Assembly: GCF_018398935.1 (NCBI RefSeq)
Contig: NZ_CP074694.1
Span: 150,001-182,000 of the forward strand
Length of the DNA: 32,000 nt
From: Telmatocola sphagniphila
Lineage (GTDB): Bacteria; Planctomycetota; Planctomycetia; Gemmatales; Gemmataceae
Direction: 5' to 3'
The notes under the pieces are model-generated. The model worked only from the letters and a program-made list of their open reading frames with translations, was not told where the DNA came from and ran no database searches. The position numbers and the translations under genes are program-made. Shown here piece after piece: positions 1 through 9,306 of the stretch (position 1 is its first letter; every line of letters starts with the position of its first letter).

Positions 1-67
1 ATATGGCTATCGGTTTCTTCATGCGACATTGGGCGATAAGTTTTTCTCTCCTACTTCCGTGCCGTCA

Positions 68-76
68 CCTGCGGCA
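68..76. repeat. Left copy of the 9-bp target-site duplication (cctgcggca) of the IS66-family element
   Basis: An identical 9-mer lies at 1542-1550, and each copy directly abuts an IS terminus. Confidence 0.75.
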
Positions 77-1541
77 GTAACCGCTCACACCTCGTCCTGA
101 GATTATCGGGAATTGCTCTTGCGCTGGGGAATTAATTATCTCATACTCGGGGCATGGAGTCTGTCAGCGAAGAATGGCTTGTTCGCCAAACGCCGGAAGT
201 TCAGGCTGTGCTGCGGATTCTTTTGAACCGCATCGCCGAACTGGAAGCGAAGCTCGGCAAGGATTCCAGCAACTCTTCGAAGCCGCCTTCAACGCAACAT
301 CCCCACGCCAAGCTTTCGAAGCAAGCCCAAAAGAAGGCCAAACGGAAGTCGGGCGGCCAACCGGGGCATCCCAAACACGAACGCTCTTTGGTTTCCGCAC
401 ACGAGTGCGACGGCGTCATTGTTTGTTTACCGGCCGAATGCCGCCGTTGTGGCGAACCTTTGAACGGAACAGATCCCCAGCCTTTGCGTCATCAGGTCTG
501 GGAGATTCCCGAAATCAAGCCTTCGATTACGGAATATCAACTCCATCGTCTGCGCTGTTCGTGCGGCAAGACCACCTGCGGAGAATTACCCCCAGGCGTG
601 CCTGTCGGAATGGCCGGGCCTCGATTGGTTGCTTTGTCCGCTTTGTTGATGGTCTGCTTCCGGCTCTCCAAACGACGCTGCGCCCTGTTTCTGGAACAAA
701 TCCTGGGTCAGGAGGCTTCGGCTTCCTGGATGATCAAACTGCAGAACCGAGCCGCCGAAGCCTTGCAAGCCCCCTACCAGGAGTTGGCCTTAGCCTTGCC
801 TGGGGAAGCGGTCCTCAACGGCGACGAATCGCCCACCAAAGAAGGGCTCGCCAAAGCCTGGACCTGGACTTTTGTAGCCGCGACTTTCAGCGTCTTCGCT
901 CTCCGCACCAGCCGCAAAGCCCAGGTGGTCCTCGAATTCCTGGGCGATTCATTTACCGGCGTTCTAGGCTGCGACCGGGCCAAGATGTATTGGGCTTTCG
1001 GACGCTTGCAGTGGTGCTGGGCTCATTTGCTCCGCGACTTCCAAAGCCTCATCGATCGCCCCTGTCCGGTCGCTCGACGCTTAGGACACGACTTGCAACG
1101 ACAGACTCGGGCGATGTTCGAACTCTGGAATCGCGTTCGGGACGGAACCCTCAGCCATAAAGCGTTCGGCGAACAAATGATCCCCATACGAAGCGAAGTC
1201 GAAGCCTTGCTCTTGCGAGGAAAATTCGATCCGAAGCTGCGTGGCTTTTGCTCCGAACTCTGGAAATACCGGGCTCGGCTTTGGACGTTCGTCGATGTCG
1301 AAGGAGTAGAGCCCACCAATAATGCCGCCGAGCGGGCTTTGCGGCCCGCGGTCATTTGGCGGAAGTTATGCTTTGGAACCCAATCGGCCCAGGGGAGTCG
1401 GTTCGTTGAACGAATGCTGACCGCGATCGAAACTTGTCGTCAGCAGAAACGGAACTCATTCGCCTGGATGACTCAAGCGGTACAGGCTCACTTTGCCCAA
1501 GAGAAAGCCCCTTCTCTCTTGGCCAGGGCGTGAGTTATTAC
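77..1541 (+). mobile_element. Complete IS66-family insertion sequence with a single ORF
   Basis: The terminal inverted repeats begin with GTAA. Positions 77-97 (gtaaccgctcacacctcgtcc) match the reverse complement of 1521-1541 (gtaataactcacgccctggcc) at 14 of 21 positions by eye. Perfect 9-bp direct repeats flank the element, and it encloses one transposase ORF. Confidence 0.8.
154..1533 (+). CDS. IS66-family transposase (TnpC-like)
   Basis: 459-aa ORF. It has an N-terminal leucine-zipper-like segment followed by SSNSSKPPS, a CxxC pair (CRRCGEPL), and a C-terminal TNNAAERALRPAVIWRKLCFGTQSAQG block. All three are typical of IS66 transposases. Confidence 0.9.
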   Translation: MESVSEEWLVRQTPEVQAVLRILLNRIAELEAKLGKDSSNSSKPPSTQHPHAKLSKQAQKKAKRKSGGQPGHPKHERSLVSAHECDGVIVCLPAECRRCGEPLNGTDPQPLRHQVWEIPEIKPSITEYQLHRLRCSCGKTTCGELPPGVPVGMAGPRLVALSALLMVCFRLSKRRCALFLEQILGQEASASWMIKLQNRAAEALQAPYQELALALPGEAVLNGDESPTKEGLAKAWTWTFVAATFSVFALRTSRKAQVVLEFLGDSFTGVLGCDRAKMYWAFGRLQWCWAHLLRDFQSLIDRPCPVARRLGHDLQRQTRAMFELWNRVRDGTLSHKAFGEQMIPIRSEVEALLLRGKFDPKLRGFCSELWKYRARLWTFVDVEGVEPTNNAAERALRPAVIWRKLCFGTQSAQGSRFVERMLTAIETCRQQKRNSFAWMTQAVQAHFAQEKAPSLLARA

Positions 1542-2880
1542 CCTGCGGCACATCCTCCGGTGCCTTCAACGTACCCAGAAAATCAAGTACCGCCTGCTGC
1601 TCATCGGCCTTCAGGGTCTTATACGCTTCCCGGACCACTTTGGCGTCGCCGCCGTGCTTGAAAATCGCGGCCTGCAGCGTGGGAGCCGTACCATCGTGCA
1701 TGTACGGGGCGCTATCGGCCACTCCCCACAGAGCCGGAGTCTTCCATTCAGATGGTTCCGGCATATCCGGGGGCAGAGGCGGCAGTTCCGGACGCTTCGG
1801 GCCATAGCCATCGCCGCCGCTGGGTAGAGGATCTTCCAGCTTGTGCAGGAGGAAATCGGTAAAAATCCCTCTCACGCCGCCGATGTCTTCCAGATGGCAA
1901 ACCGCACAGCCGATCGACTTGAACATCTTCTTGCCGAGGATTGCCGAATCGGCCGCCTTGGCAGTTTCCGGCATTTTTTCGATAGGTTTGGGGAGGGTGG
2001 CCACGAACCCCACCAAAGCTCGGAATTGCTTGCGATCCAGGTCCGGATTCTCGGGCACTGGATATTCCGGATGGCTCAACGGTTGAGCTTGACCCATTTT
2101 CGGATTGCTCAGACCAATTTCGTTGGAGCAGGCCGCGGCTACAAATTCTTCCAGTGTTGCGAACTGTCCCTTCCAGCCGAACTTACCAACCCGGCCATCC
2201 TTCAGAATGCGCGGCCGGCCTTGCGGAATGGCATCGAAATCGAGCTTGAGATCGCTAATCGTCCCCTTGATCAGATTCCGGCGGTAATTTTTCATAATGG
2301 CTTTGTCGGAGACCATATCGGCCCAGCCGGCCCCGAAGAGAGCCGTCGTCTGCACTGACTCAGTTCGCAGCGGATCGAAATCCGGAATCACAATCGGCGG
2401 CGGCGTATAAGTGCAATGTTCGGGATCCGCCGGGGGGGCCGGTGGTTGAATTGTTCGCCCGGGAACGACAGGGAATTTCTTGCGAACCAGTTCGAAAGTT
2501 TCTTTCAGGTTGGTAGCGACCGAACTGGTGTGAATAGTGCCGCTGACGAACTCCCCATCAGGGGTCGAAGGGCTGATACTGAAGTTGCGGACATTCTGTT
2601 TGTTGCCACCACCACCGCCGATGCCGCCCTGGAAATGACAAGCGACACAGGATTTGGCGTTGAAGACCGGTCCCAGCCCGTCGCCGTGAGCCAGCGGATC
2701 GTTGACTTGCCATTCGTGGTTGAACAACTCTTGGCCGAGGGCTTTCTCGGCCGCGCTGGCGGTGGGACCAAAGAAAATCGGCATTCCATCGGAGAATTGC
2801 CAGAGCACAAATGCACTGAACACGAACGTGGATAAGTACAGAACCGCCCGACGCTGTTGTTGAAGAGTCTGTAATTTCAT
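1456..2880 (-). CDS. Di-haem cytochrome c family protein (DUF1111 / putative peroxidase type) with its 3' end altered by the IS66 insertion
   Basis: There are two CxxCH haem motifs (CVACH and CAVCH) and a GLGPVFNAKSC block. The start is taken at MKLQTLQQ (2880), which is followed by a hydrophobic signal or anchor segment. The last 28 codons (from 1541 downward) are read from IS sequence. Confidence 0.75.
   Translation of the reverse strand: MKLQTLQQQRRAVLYLSTFVFSAFVLWQFSDGMPIFFGPTASAAEKALGQELFNHEWQVNDPLAHGDGLGPVFNAKSCVACHFQGGIGGGGGNKQNVRNFSISPSTPDGEFVSGTIHTSSVATNLKETFELVRKKFPVVPGRTIQPPAPPADPEHCTYTPPPIVIPDFDPLRTESVQTTALFGAGWADMVSDKAIMKNYRRNLIKGTISDLKLDFDAIPQGRPRILKDGRVGKFGWKGQFATLEEFVAAACSNEIGLSNPKMGQAQPLSHPEYPVPENPDLDRKQFRALVGFVATLPKPIEKMPETAKAADSAILGKKMFKSIGCAVCHLEDIGGVRGIFTDFLLHKLEDPLPSGGDGYGPKRPELPPLPPDMPEPSEWKTPALWGVADSAPYMHDGTAPTLQAAIFKHGGDAKVVREAYKTLKADEQQAVLDFLGTLKAPEDVPQGNNSRPGQERRGFLLGKVSLYRLSHPGE
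1542..1550. repeat. Right copy of the 9-bp target-site duplication (cctgcggca)
   Basis: Identical to 68-76 and lies immediately outside the right IS end. Confidence 0.75.
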
Positions 2881-3100
2881 GGCAATTCTCTTCGCGACTA
2901 CTGCTCGTAGAAATGTTTTTATGAATGTAATTGGGCCGTGCGGTAAATGCAAGGGGAAAAGCAGATTTGTCTGGGGCTATTTTGGGGCCAAATTTTGTAA
3001 GTGGCCTCGGAGAATTTACTTAAATGAGATTGTGAAGCCCTGAAATCGAATTGCACAACCAGTAGCTAAAATCCCCAATTCGAAAGATCTCCCGATTCTC

Positions 3101-3739
3101 ATGTTCTCCGGGATGGAAGCCGATGAACGACTATTCGATGCTCAGAGGCAGGCTTTCCCGAACCTGAAAGTCTGCCGTTGGATCGAACCGCTTCCGGGCG
3201 ACTCTCTGAGAGCCTATGCTGCCCGCCTGGCACCCCTGGTAGACCCGGGAGAGCCCTGCATTTTGGGTGGAGCTTCTTTCGGGGGAATAATCGCCCAGGA
3301 ACTCTCACGGCATATCCGGGCTCAAGCGTGCATCATTATCGGTAGCATTAGTTCCCCTTCCGGAATCCCTTTGAAATGGCGAATGTTACGGCCGCTGGCG
3401 CACCTGCCTCTGGATCGCTTGAATTCGCTTTTTTATTGGATCTCCAAACTAGGTCGGCCCATAATCCCTTACAACACCCGCCGACGGCTTCTCAAACTGT
3501 CCCGTCCCGAGGCCGCTTTTGTTCTGTGGGCCATGTGCAGCGTTCTGAAATGGCGGCCGCCTTCCGCCCCGATTCCGACTCGCTTGTTTCACCTGCACGG
3601 CGCTCTCGATCGTGTTTTCCCGGTTCACCTCAGCAAACCGGATTTGGTAGTTCCTGCCGGCGGCCACGCATTAACGCTCTTTTGTCCGACGGCCGTTAAT
3701 GACTACATTTCATTCGTGCGGAATGAGGTTGGTGGATAA
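3101..3739 (+). CDS. Alpha/beta-hydrolase-fold protein
   Basis: 212-aa ORF with a GxSxG nucleophile elbow (GGASFGG) in the expected position. No more specific match was recognised. Confidence 0.5.
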   Translation: MFSGMEADERLFDAQRQAFPNLKVCRWIEPLPGDSLRAYAARLAPLVDPGEPCILGGASFGGIIAQELSRHIRAQACIIIGSISSPSGIPLKWRMLRPLAHLPLDRLNSLFYWISKLGRPIIPYNTRRRLLKLSRPEAAFVLWAMCSVLKWRPPSAPIPTRLFHLHGALDRVFPVHLSKPDLVVPAGGHALTLFCPTAVNDYISFVRNEVGG

Positions 3740-3900
3740 CCCGCTCGAGCAGTAAGGTGTCTGAAAGTGATCCTCTGAATTATCAATCGCTTATCACGGG
3801 GGAGACCTGATAATTTCCTTTCCTTTTGCCCTCAAATGCATTGGAATCTACTGGTTGCCAAGTATTCGAATAAAAGTTCCCATCCCGGAGCGATGATTTC

Positions 3901-4431
3901 ATGAGTGAGAATCTTACAGATCCGGACTCCTATCCTGATCCGAACCAGGAGGAATTGGAATATGAACTACAGTCAATTCCTCCCACCAAGGAAAGGGTTT
4001 TCGTAGTGCTGCTGGTCGCGGCCTTATACATCAGCTCCTGCTTTATGACGGCACTGGTATTACTGAAGGGATTTGGTTGGGGGAAAGCGGATGACGGACC
4101 AAGAAACAATCCGATGCTGGGTGGCACGGCATTGATTCTAGGTTGTGTTCCGCCATTTACCGTCCCGTGGTCGGCCAACATCGCTCTATTGATCGGAATG
4201 ATCACCTACGAGCGAAAATATCTGCGAACCGCTGAAGTGTGTGGTTATGTCGCTTTGGGTACAAGTCTTCTAACGATCCTTCTGCCCGTGACGGGAACGG
4301 CAAAACTCAGAGAAGGTTATTTTGTTTGGCAAATGAGCATAATTGTGTTCGCTTATTCCGCCTGGAGTGCTCGAAGTCGATATTCGAAGCTGAGATCTAG
4401 TCTCGCTCTCGAGGACATTAACAGAATCTGA
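3901..4431 (+). CDS. Small multi-pass membrane protein of unknown function
   Basis: 176-aa ORF with an acidic N-terminus followed by several hydrophobic segments. Its C-terminal roughly 60 aa are clearly homologous to the ORF at 17866-18141. Confidence 0.6.
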   Translation: MSENLTDPDSYPDPNQEELEYELQSIPPTKERVFVVLLVAALYISSCFMTALVLLKGFGWGKADDGPRNNPMLGGTALILGCVPPFTVPWSANIALLIGMITYERKYLRTAEVCGYVALGTSLLTILLPVTGTAKLREGYFVWQMSIIVFAYSAWSARSRYSKLRSSLALEDINRI

Positions 4432-4805
4432 CTTAACTTGAATGGGTAAACTGGAAATCTTCTTCCCCGATTCCTAACGGATTGTTCTAATTCGACTTCT
4501 GAGCCCTGGCTATTTACCTAATCCTATCTCTAGGATAAAAGCCATTTTGATAAAAGCCATTTTTGCTTGCTGAGTCATAACACATTTAAGAAGATCATTT
4601 AGCGACGCATCGGAGGCTTTGCGTAGATGCGTCACGGCACGCAATTTGTTGATCCTTAACACTTTATCAACGACTCACTGAAAACTCGCGCTATGCACTA
4701 TTGAATCAGCCCCCGAATCAATCAATCATTTTCAAAAATCACGTTGGCCCCCCGTCCGTCGAAATTTTCAACAGCAACGGTGGCCACTTACCTCTAAGCA
4801 AGCGC

Positions 4806-7163
4806 TCATTCGAAACTCGAATTGATGCGAACTTTGCCCGTCAGGCCTGCCGCTCGGCCTTCCGAATGCTGCACGAAGTCCAGAGCCAATTTGACGATCT
4901 TTTTATCCTTGATTTCCAGTTCCCAGACTACGAAATCCCCCTTGATGGAGTTGCTGCCCCGGCCTTTGCCAAAGAAATCGATACCCGGGGAAGCGCCGCT
5001 GAAGGCGAACCGCTTGGCGTCGTTGTACTCACCAATCTGGAGGAATTCCTGCGAGGGGCCACCCACCTGAAAATTCCAACCATCGACCTGAATGCTCACG
5101 CCGCGAGGCGTCACTTTAACGTCGAGCTTGTCGCCTTCGTAATTGTAGTCCTTCCCCTGGCCGATGAAATCTCCTTTCTCGCTGGAGATTTTCATGTAAG
5201 AGGTCGGTTCCTTGCTCGCTGCCGGCTTTTTGAAGAGATTCTTGGCCGCCTTGGGGTCCTTGACCGCAACGCCCTCCTTCGGAGTGCTGCCCGGTGTGTC
5301 TTTCTTGGCGAGGTCTGGCGACAACGTCACTTTAGGGAGCACGATGTTGCCGGGATTACCCTCGGCGCGGGTCAGATCGATGTCGAAGGCCAGAGCGAGT
5401 TGGACATCGCTGCCGGGAGCCGAGAATTCCGATCCTATGGTCATCTTTGCGAAAGATATGTAACCGCGATTCAAGTGCAGGCCGAACCGGCCGGTGACTT
5501 GGCCATCCAGTCCCTCCTTTTTCGTGCGGCCCTTCACTTGGCCCTCAAATGTCACCACCGCCTGAGGGCTGCCTTCGACGGGTCGGACGCCTTCAAGAGT
5601 GCAGTTCAAGACGAGGTCGACGACTTCGGATTTTCCACCAGTCTTGAGTAGCAGCGGCACCTTGACCGGCCAGCTTTCTCGGGCGCTCAACTTACGGTTG
5701 GGAAGGGTGAAAGTCGCCGCTTCGTAGGCGTTGTAAATCTGAGTGCGGTACTCGGTGACGGCTTCGCGGAGGTCCGCCGAGAGGCGAGGATTCAGATTTA
5801 CCTCGGTCCGCTCGCGAAGTTTGTTGGTATCGTCGATGACGAACCGGGGCGGTGTGCGCTGCAGCAGATTCGCAACTTCAGGATTCGGACGAGCTTTCCG
5901 TCCCCCCTCTTCGATATTCAGACGGGGTGCACCGAAACCCAGAGTCACCAGCGCCCCCTTGGGATTGGGGGAGAACGATTCGAGGATCGGCAACTCCGAG
6001 GATTGAGACAACACGTACTGGCTCTTGCCCCGGGTGAGGGTGAGCGACTGAGTGGCCTTCAACTGAACGGTACGCTCTTTCTGCTCGGAGAGCTTGCAAA
6101 CCAACTCCGCCGGGATCCTTTCGACAGCCTGGGCCGGATCGAACATATGGGGCTCGCCCCGTATCGGATCCCCCGCCGTGAGCACCGCGATCGGCTGCAC
6201 CCACGCGACTTCGCCCGGTGCGAGTTTCGGCAAGGCGATATCCCCCGCCGCGGAATTTTTCGCATAGGGCAATGTTTGGGTTTGTGCATCTTTCGGCGCG
6301 GATCCCAGCGCCTCGGCGGTCTTGCGCGACCAGACTTCGACGCGGACTTCCCGGATTCGTTTGAGCGGATCGAGACACTCGCACTTGACCGGCACACGCA
6401 CCGCTTCGCCTTCGCGGAACGGAACCCCGGCAGTCCAATCGAGGATCCGACCGCTGAATAGAGCCTGAACCAGGCGGACTGGCACGGCGAAATTAATCTG
6501 AGTATTCCGAATCACCGCAACCGAGACGCCGACAACCTGGCCTCGATTGTTGACGACGGGACCTCCAGAATTTCCCGGGTGCATGCCGCCGTTGACCTGA
6601 ACCTGCTCGAGTTGGCCCTTGGCGTTGTTCCGGAGGCTCGAGATCGACGATTCGCTGACTGTTATGCTCTTGCCAAGTTCAGTGCCGAAGGGAAAACCGA
6701 AGATGTAAACTTTCTGCGTCTCCACCAGTTCGGTATTGGTTTCGAGTTGCAGCGGAGTCGGAAGCGTTCCGTTTTCGGGGGCTTCGACTTTCACTAGGGC
6801 CAAGTCGCTCGACCGGTCAACTCCTAGGATCAAGCCTCGCAGCGTGCGTTCGTTGCCTGTGCCGCTGCCGACGATGACTTCGACATTGGCGGGCGGCTTG
6901 CTGCGAGCCTGAAGCATGCCAAGAACGTGAGCGTTAGTGACTACGATTCCCGGTTCCACTGCGAAAAAGCCGCTCCCTTCCGCCGATCGTCCCCCCTCGC
7001 TGCTGACCTTCAGCAGGACGGTGGATTGCTTGACCCGCACGACCGACTCTGGAGCAATGGCGGCGGGGGTATCGGCCGGTTTCTGACCCCGTACCGGGGC
7101 GGCCCAGATCGATGCTAGGGTGGCAGCAACTGAGAGTGCAAAAAGACTGTGGCAGGGGAACAT
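4806..7163 (-). CDS. Secreted trypsin-like serine protease (S1C/DegP-like catalytic domain) with a long uncharacterised C-terminal region
   Basis: It has an N-terminal signal-like sequence (MFPCHSLFALSVAATLASIWAAPVRG). The catalytic triad contexts are TNAHV (His), DLALVKV (Asp) and GNSGGPVV (Ser). About 540 further residues carry no PDZ motif that I could recognise. Confidence 0.8.
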   Translation of the reverse strand: MFPCHSLFALSVAATLASIWAAPVRGQKPADTPAAIAPESVVRVKQSTVLLKVSSEGGRSAEGSGFFAVEPGIVVTNAHVLGMLQARSKPPANVEVIVGSGTGNERTLRGLILGVDRSSDLALVKVEAPENGTLPTPLQLETNTELVETQKVYIFGFPFGTELGKSITVSESSISSLRNNAKGQLEQVQVNGGMHPGNSGGPVVNNRGQVVGVSVAVIRNTQINFAVPVRLVQALFSGRILDWTAGVPFREGEAVRVPVKCECLDPLKRIREVRVEVWSRKTAEALGSAPKDAQTQTLPYAKNSAAGDIALPKLAPGEVAWVQPIAVLTAGDPIRGEPHMFDPAQAVERIPAELVCKLSEQKERTVQLKATQSLTLTRGKSQYVLSQSSELPILESFSPNPKGALVTLGFGAPRLNIEEGGRKARPNPEVANLLQRTPPRFVIDDTNKLRERTEVNLNPRLSADLREAVTEYRTQIYNAYEAATFTLPNRKLSARESWPVKVPLLLKTGGKSEVVDLVLNCTLEGVRPVEGSPQAVVTFEGQVKGRTKKEGLDGQVTGRFGLHLNRGYISFAKMTIGSEFSAPGSDVQLALAFDIDLTRAEGNPGNIVLPKVTLSPDLAKKDTPGSTPKEGVAVKDPKAAKNLFKKPAASKEPTSYMKISSEKGDFIGQGKDYNYEGDKLDVKVTPRGVSIQVDGWNFQVGGPSQEFLQIGEYNDAKRFAFSGASPGIDFFGKGRGSNSIKGDFVVWELEIKDKKIVKLALDFVQHSEGRAAGLTGKVRINSSFE

Positions 7164-7330
7164 GAGGCAATCTCCCGAGGATGAAAAGGCATTAGGCGTA
7201 AGAAGATTTCTATCGGGAAATAACTATGGAAATTCGAAGCAGGCCGGCAGAAAAAAGCGAGAAAATCAAAAATCACCTGGGGGTTTTGGCCAATCCTGAG
7301 CAGCTTCCACTATCCCTGCCTACCCGAACT

Positions 7331-8131
7331 CTACCCTTTCAAATCTCTGACGTATTCCCCAGGCGCTTTCCCCACCACCGATTTGAAATCCCGGATGAAA
7401 TGAGCCTGATCGAAATAACCTAGCCTGGCAGCGAGCTGGCCCAGACGGATTTCGCCCGGGGCGGCCAACTGCTCGGCCGCCTCATGCAGCCGATAACGTT
7501 TGATTACCCACTTAGGACTCACGCCGACATATTGGCTGAACATTCTTTGCAGCATGCGCGGATTCAGCCTGGCTAGCCGGGCGACTTGTTCGACGTGCGT
7601 TATCGAACTATCCCGGGCGATCTGCTCGGCCAGATCGCGCACCAACGCAATTTCGGGATCGGGTTCCGGTAGGATCGATCCGAGATAATCTTCCGCGATC
7701 TCGACGCAAATCTGTTCGTCTTCTTCCGCCAGAATTTTTGAGACGAATCTCACCGCTTTCGTTCCGAACACTTCTCGCAGCGAAATGAGCCGATCGGTGA
7801 TTCGAGTCACCGGTTGGCCCAACAGCGGATAAAAAGTTCCCGGCCGAAATTTGATGCCGAAAACTCGGCCCTTTCCCGCAATTCGCCTTCGAAATTTACC
7901 GTTGGGTATGCCATAAATCTTGGAGCGGTTCTTTTCAATCACCACGTGAATAGTGGGATGCGGAAGCGTCTCAGCCACTTGCGGCTGCTGACCGCGAAGA
8001 TCCCACCAAACTATCCAGTAGTGCTCGATGTAAAAATCGATCCCCGCCGAGGGAAGTAGCCTCACATGATGGGAGTGAGTTCGTCCGGCATTGAGGACGC
8101 CGCGCGGCTGATCCGTTCTCTTTGTGGCCAT
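7331..8131 (-). CDS. AraC-family transcriptional regulator
   Basis: The C-terminus has a double HTH signature (RMLQRMFSQYVGVSPKWVIKRYRL ... LAARLGYFDQAHFIRDFKSVVGKAPGEY). The gene is divergent from 8237-8680. Confidence 0.85.
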   Translation of the reverse strand: MATKRTDQPRGVLNAGRTHSHHVRLLPSAGIDFYIEHYWIVWWDLRGQQPQVAETLPHPTIHVVIEKNRSKIYGIPNGKFRRRIAGKGRVFGIKFRPGTFYPLLGQPVTRITDRLISLREVFGTKAVRFVSKILAEEDEQICVEIAEDYLGSILPEPDPEIALVRDLAEQIARDSSITHVEQVARLARLNPRMLQRMFSQYVGVSPKWVIKRYRLHEAAEQLAAPGEIRLGQLAARLGYFDQAHFIRDFKSVVGKAPGEYVRDLKG

Positions 8132-8236
8132 GCCTCGTCGAGCTTTTTTAGTCGCGTTTTTACAATAAATCGTTTTTCCAATCCGCTATCGTAAGGGCAA
8201 GAAAAGGGAATTGCAAACGAAAGCGAGAACAAACCG

Positions 8237-8680
8237 ATGAAAGAACTGACAATCCGAGAATCGATTCACATTCAAGCCCCGGCTGCCAAAGTCTGGGATG
8301 TGCTTACTCAGCCGGAGTACACCCGCCAGTACATGTTCGGCTGCGCGGCGGTCACCGACTGGAAGGTGGGTAGTCCGCTCGATTGGAAAGGGACTTATGA
8401 AGGCAAAGAGATGACCTTCGTTTCCGGTAAGATTCTGTCGATGGAACCGGGTTACGCTTTGGTCTACACGACGTTCGATCCGAATGTGAATTACAAAGAT
8501 CTGCCGGAGAATTATATGCGAGTCACCTATCGTTTAACGCCTAAGGATCACGGCGTTATGTTGGAGGTTACACAAGGGGATTTCTCGAAGGTCGAGAACG
8601 CCGAGAAGCGTTACACGGAAACAGCCTCGGGCTGGCCGATGGTGCTGGAGAATGTTAAAGCGATCGCGGAAAAGGGGTGA
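8237..8680 (+). CDS. SRPBCC-superfamily (AHSA1/START-like) protein
   Basis: 147 aa. The N-terminal IHIQAPAAKVWDVLTQPEYTRQYMFG pattern and the overall size are typical of Aha1-like SRPBCC proteins. Confidence 0.7.
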   Translation: MKELTIRESIHIQAPAAKVWDVLTQPEYTRQYMFGCAAVTDWKVGSPLDWKGTYEGKEMTFVSGKILSMEPGYALVYTTFDPNVNYKDLPENYMRVTYRLTPKDHGVMLEVTQGDFSKVENAEKRYTETASGWPMVLENVKAIAEKG

Positions 8681-8925
8681 GGGAGACTGCCCCGCATCGG
8701 GGTGGCACTGACCAGTATCGGTAAGAAAAGGGCTATGCCAGCGAGCGAAGAACGGGAAGTGGTCCTCAGCTAAGTTTTACACACAGCGAAGTTCGAAAGC
8801 GCGAGATCAAGATTTGCTAGTTATTCATGGTCTTCCTGGAGATTGGGGAGGATACGAGCTGCCCGGGCGTGAATTTGTTTTGAGTTGAAAAGAGGTCCTT
8901 TGAAATTGAAAATCGAGGATTTCTC

Positions 8926-9238
8926 AATGGCACTGTCAGATAGACAGTGCGACCCAAGCCGTTACTGCACTATGACTTGCATTGATTGAGAAGATTTGCC
9001 AGTGCCATCTCGCCGATTCCAATTTCAGGGTGGAACTAGCTATATGCCAGTGCGTGGGAGAAAAAAGTGCCAGAGAATTGTCACCATCTCAGGCACAAAA
9101 TCGAGCCAGAAGAGCGATTTATCTCAAAATGGCACTGTCAGATAGTCAGTGCCACCCAAGTCTAAAAATAATAATGACTTGCGCCTATTAACAAGGGTTG
9201 CCAATGGCACTCGTCGCCACATTCAAAGCAGAATATGG
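8926..9238 (+). repeat. Composite hairpin-rich repeat block A: X (8926-9033), Y (9034-9125), X' (9126-9238)
   Basis: It is homologous to 12965-13047 plus 14971-15176. The Y cores at 9045-9106 and 14986-15047 match at 59 of 62 positions by eye. X begins with a palindrome (8930-8950, gcactgtc-agata-gacagtgc). The motif GCCAGTGCC or its complement GGCACTGGC recurs many times. Confidence 0.8.
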
Positions 9239-9257
9239 AAAAAACGGCCAATTTATA

Positions 9258-9287
9258 TTGACTTGATGGCCATTTATTCTGTATTAT
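9258..9287 (+). promoter_or_regulatory. Sigma70-like promoter of the five-gene cassette, overlapped by an operator-like direct repeat
   Basis: The -35 TTGACT (9258-9263) and -10 TATTAT (9282-9287) are separated by an 18-nt spacer. The direct repeats GGCCAATTTAT (9247-9257) and GGCCATTTAT (9268-9277) straddle the -35 box. A GGAGG Shine-Dalgarno (9295-9299) lies 7 nt before the ATG at 9307. Confidence 0.55.
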
Positions 9288-9306
9288 TTACTGGGGAGGT
9301 GAGCGA

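Noticed and set aside
174-1160. 328-aa alternative-frame ORF within the IS66 element
   Set aside because: It overlaps the transposase frame, which has clear family motifs. Its Arg/Ser/Pro-rich composition is typical of an off-frame translation.
4537-4660. Short tandem repeat (gataaaagccatttt, two copies) and an 8-bp inverted repeat (gacgcatc...gatgcgtc) between convergent genes
   Set aside because: They are probably just 3'-end or terminator-type structure in an AT-rich spacer. They have no second copy in the window and no further features to build on.
4701-5651. 316-aa + strand ORF
   Set aside because: It is antisense to the 3' part of the serine-protease gene, and the protease frame continues without interruption from its motif-bearing catalytic domain. 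This is a shadow ORF.
8982-9191. 69-aa + strand ORF rich in CQC / SQC motifs
   Set aside because: It lies entirely inside repeat block A. Its Cys-Gln-Cys pattern is simply the translation of the recurring GCCAGTGC motif. It has no ribosome-binding site.
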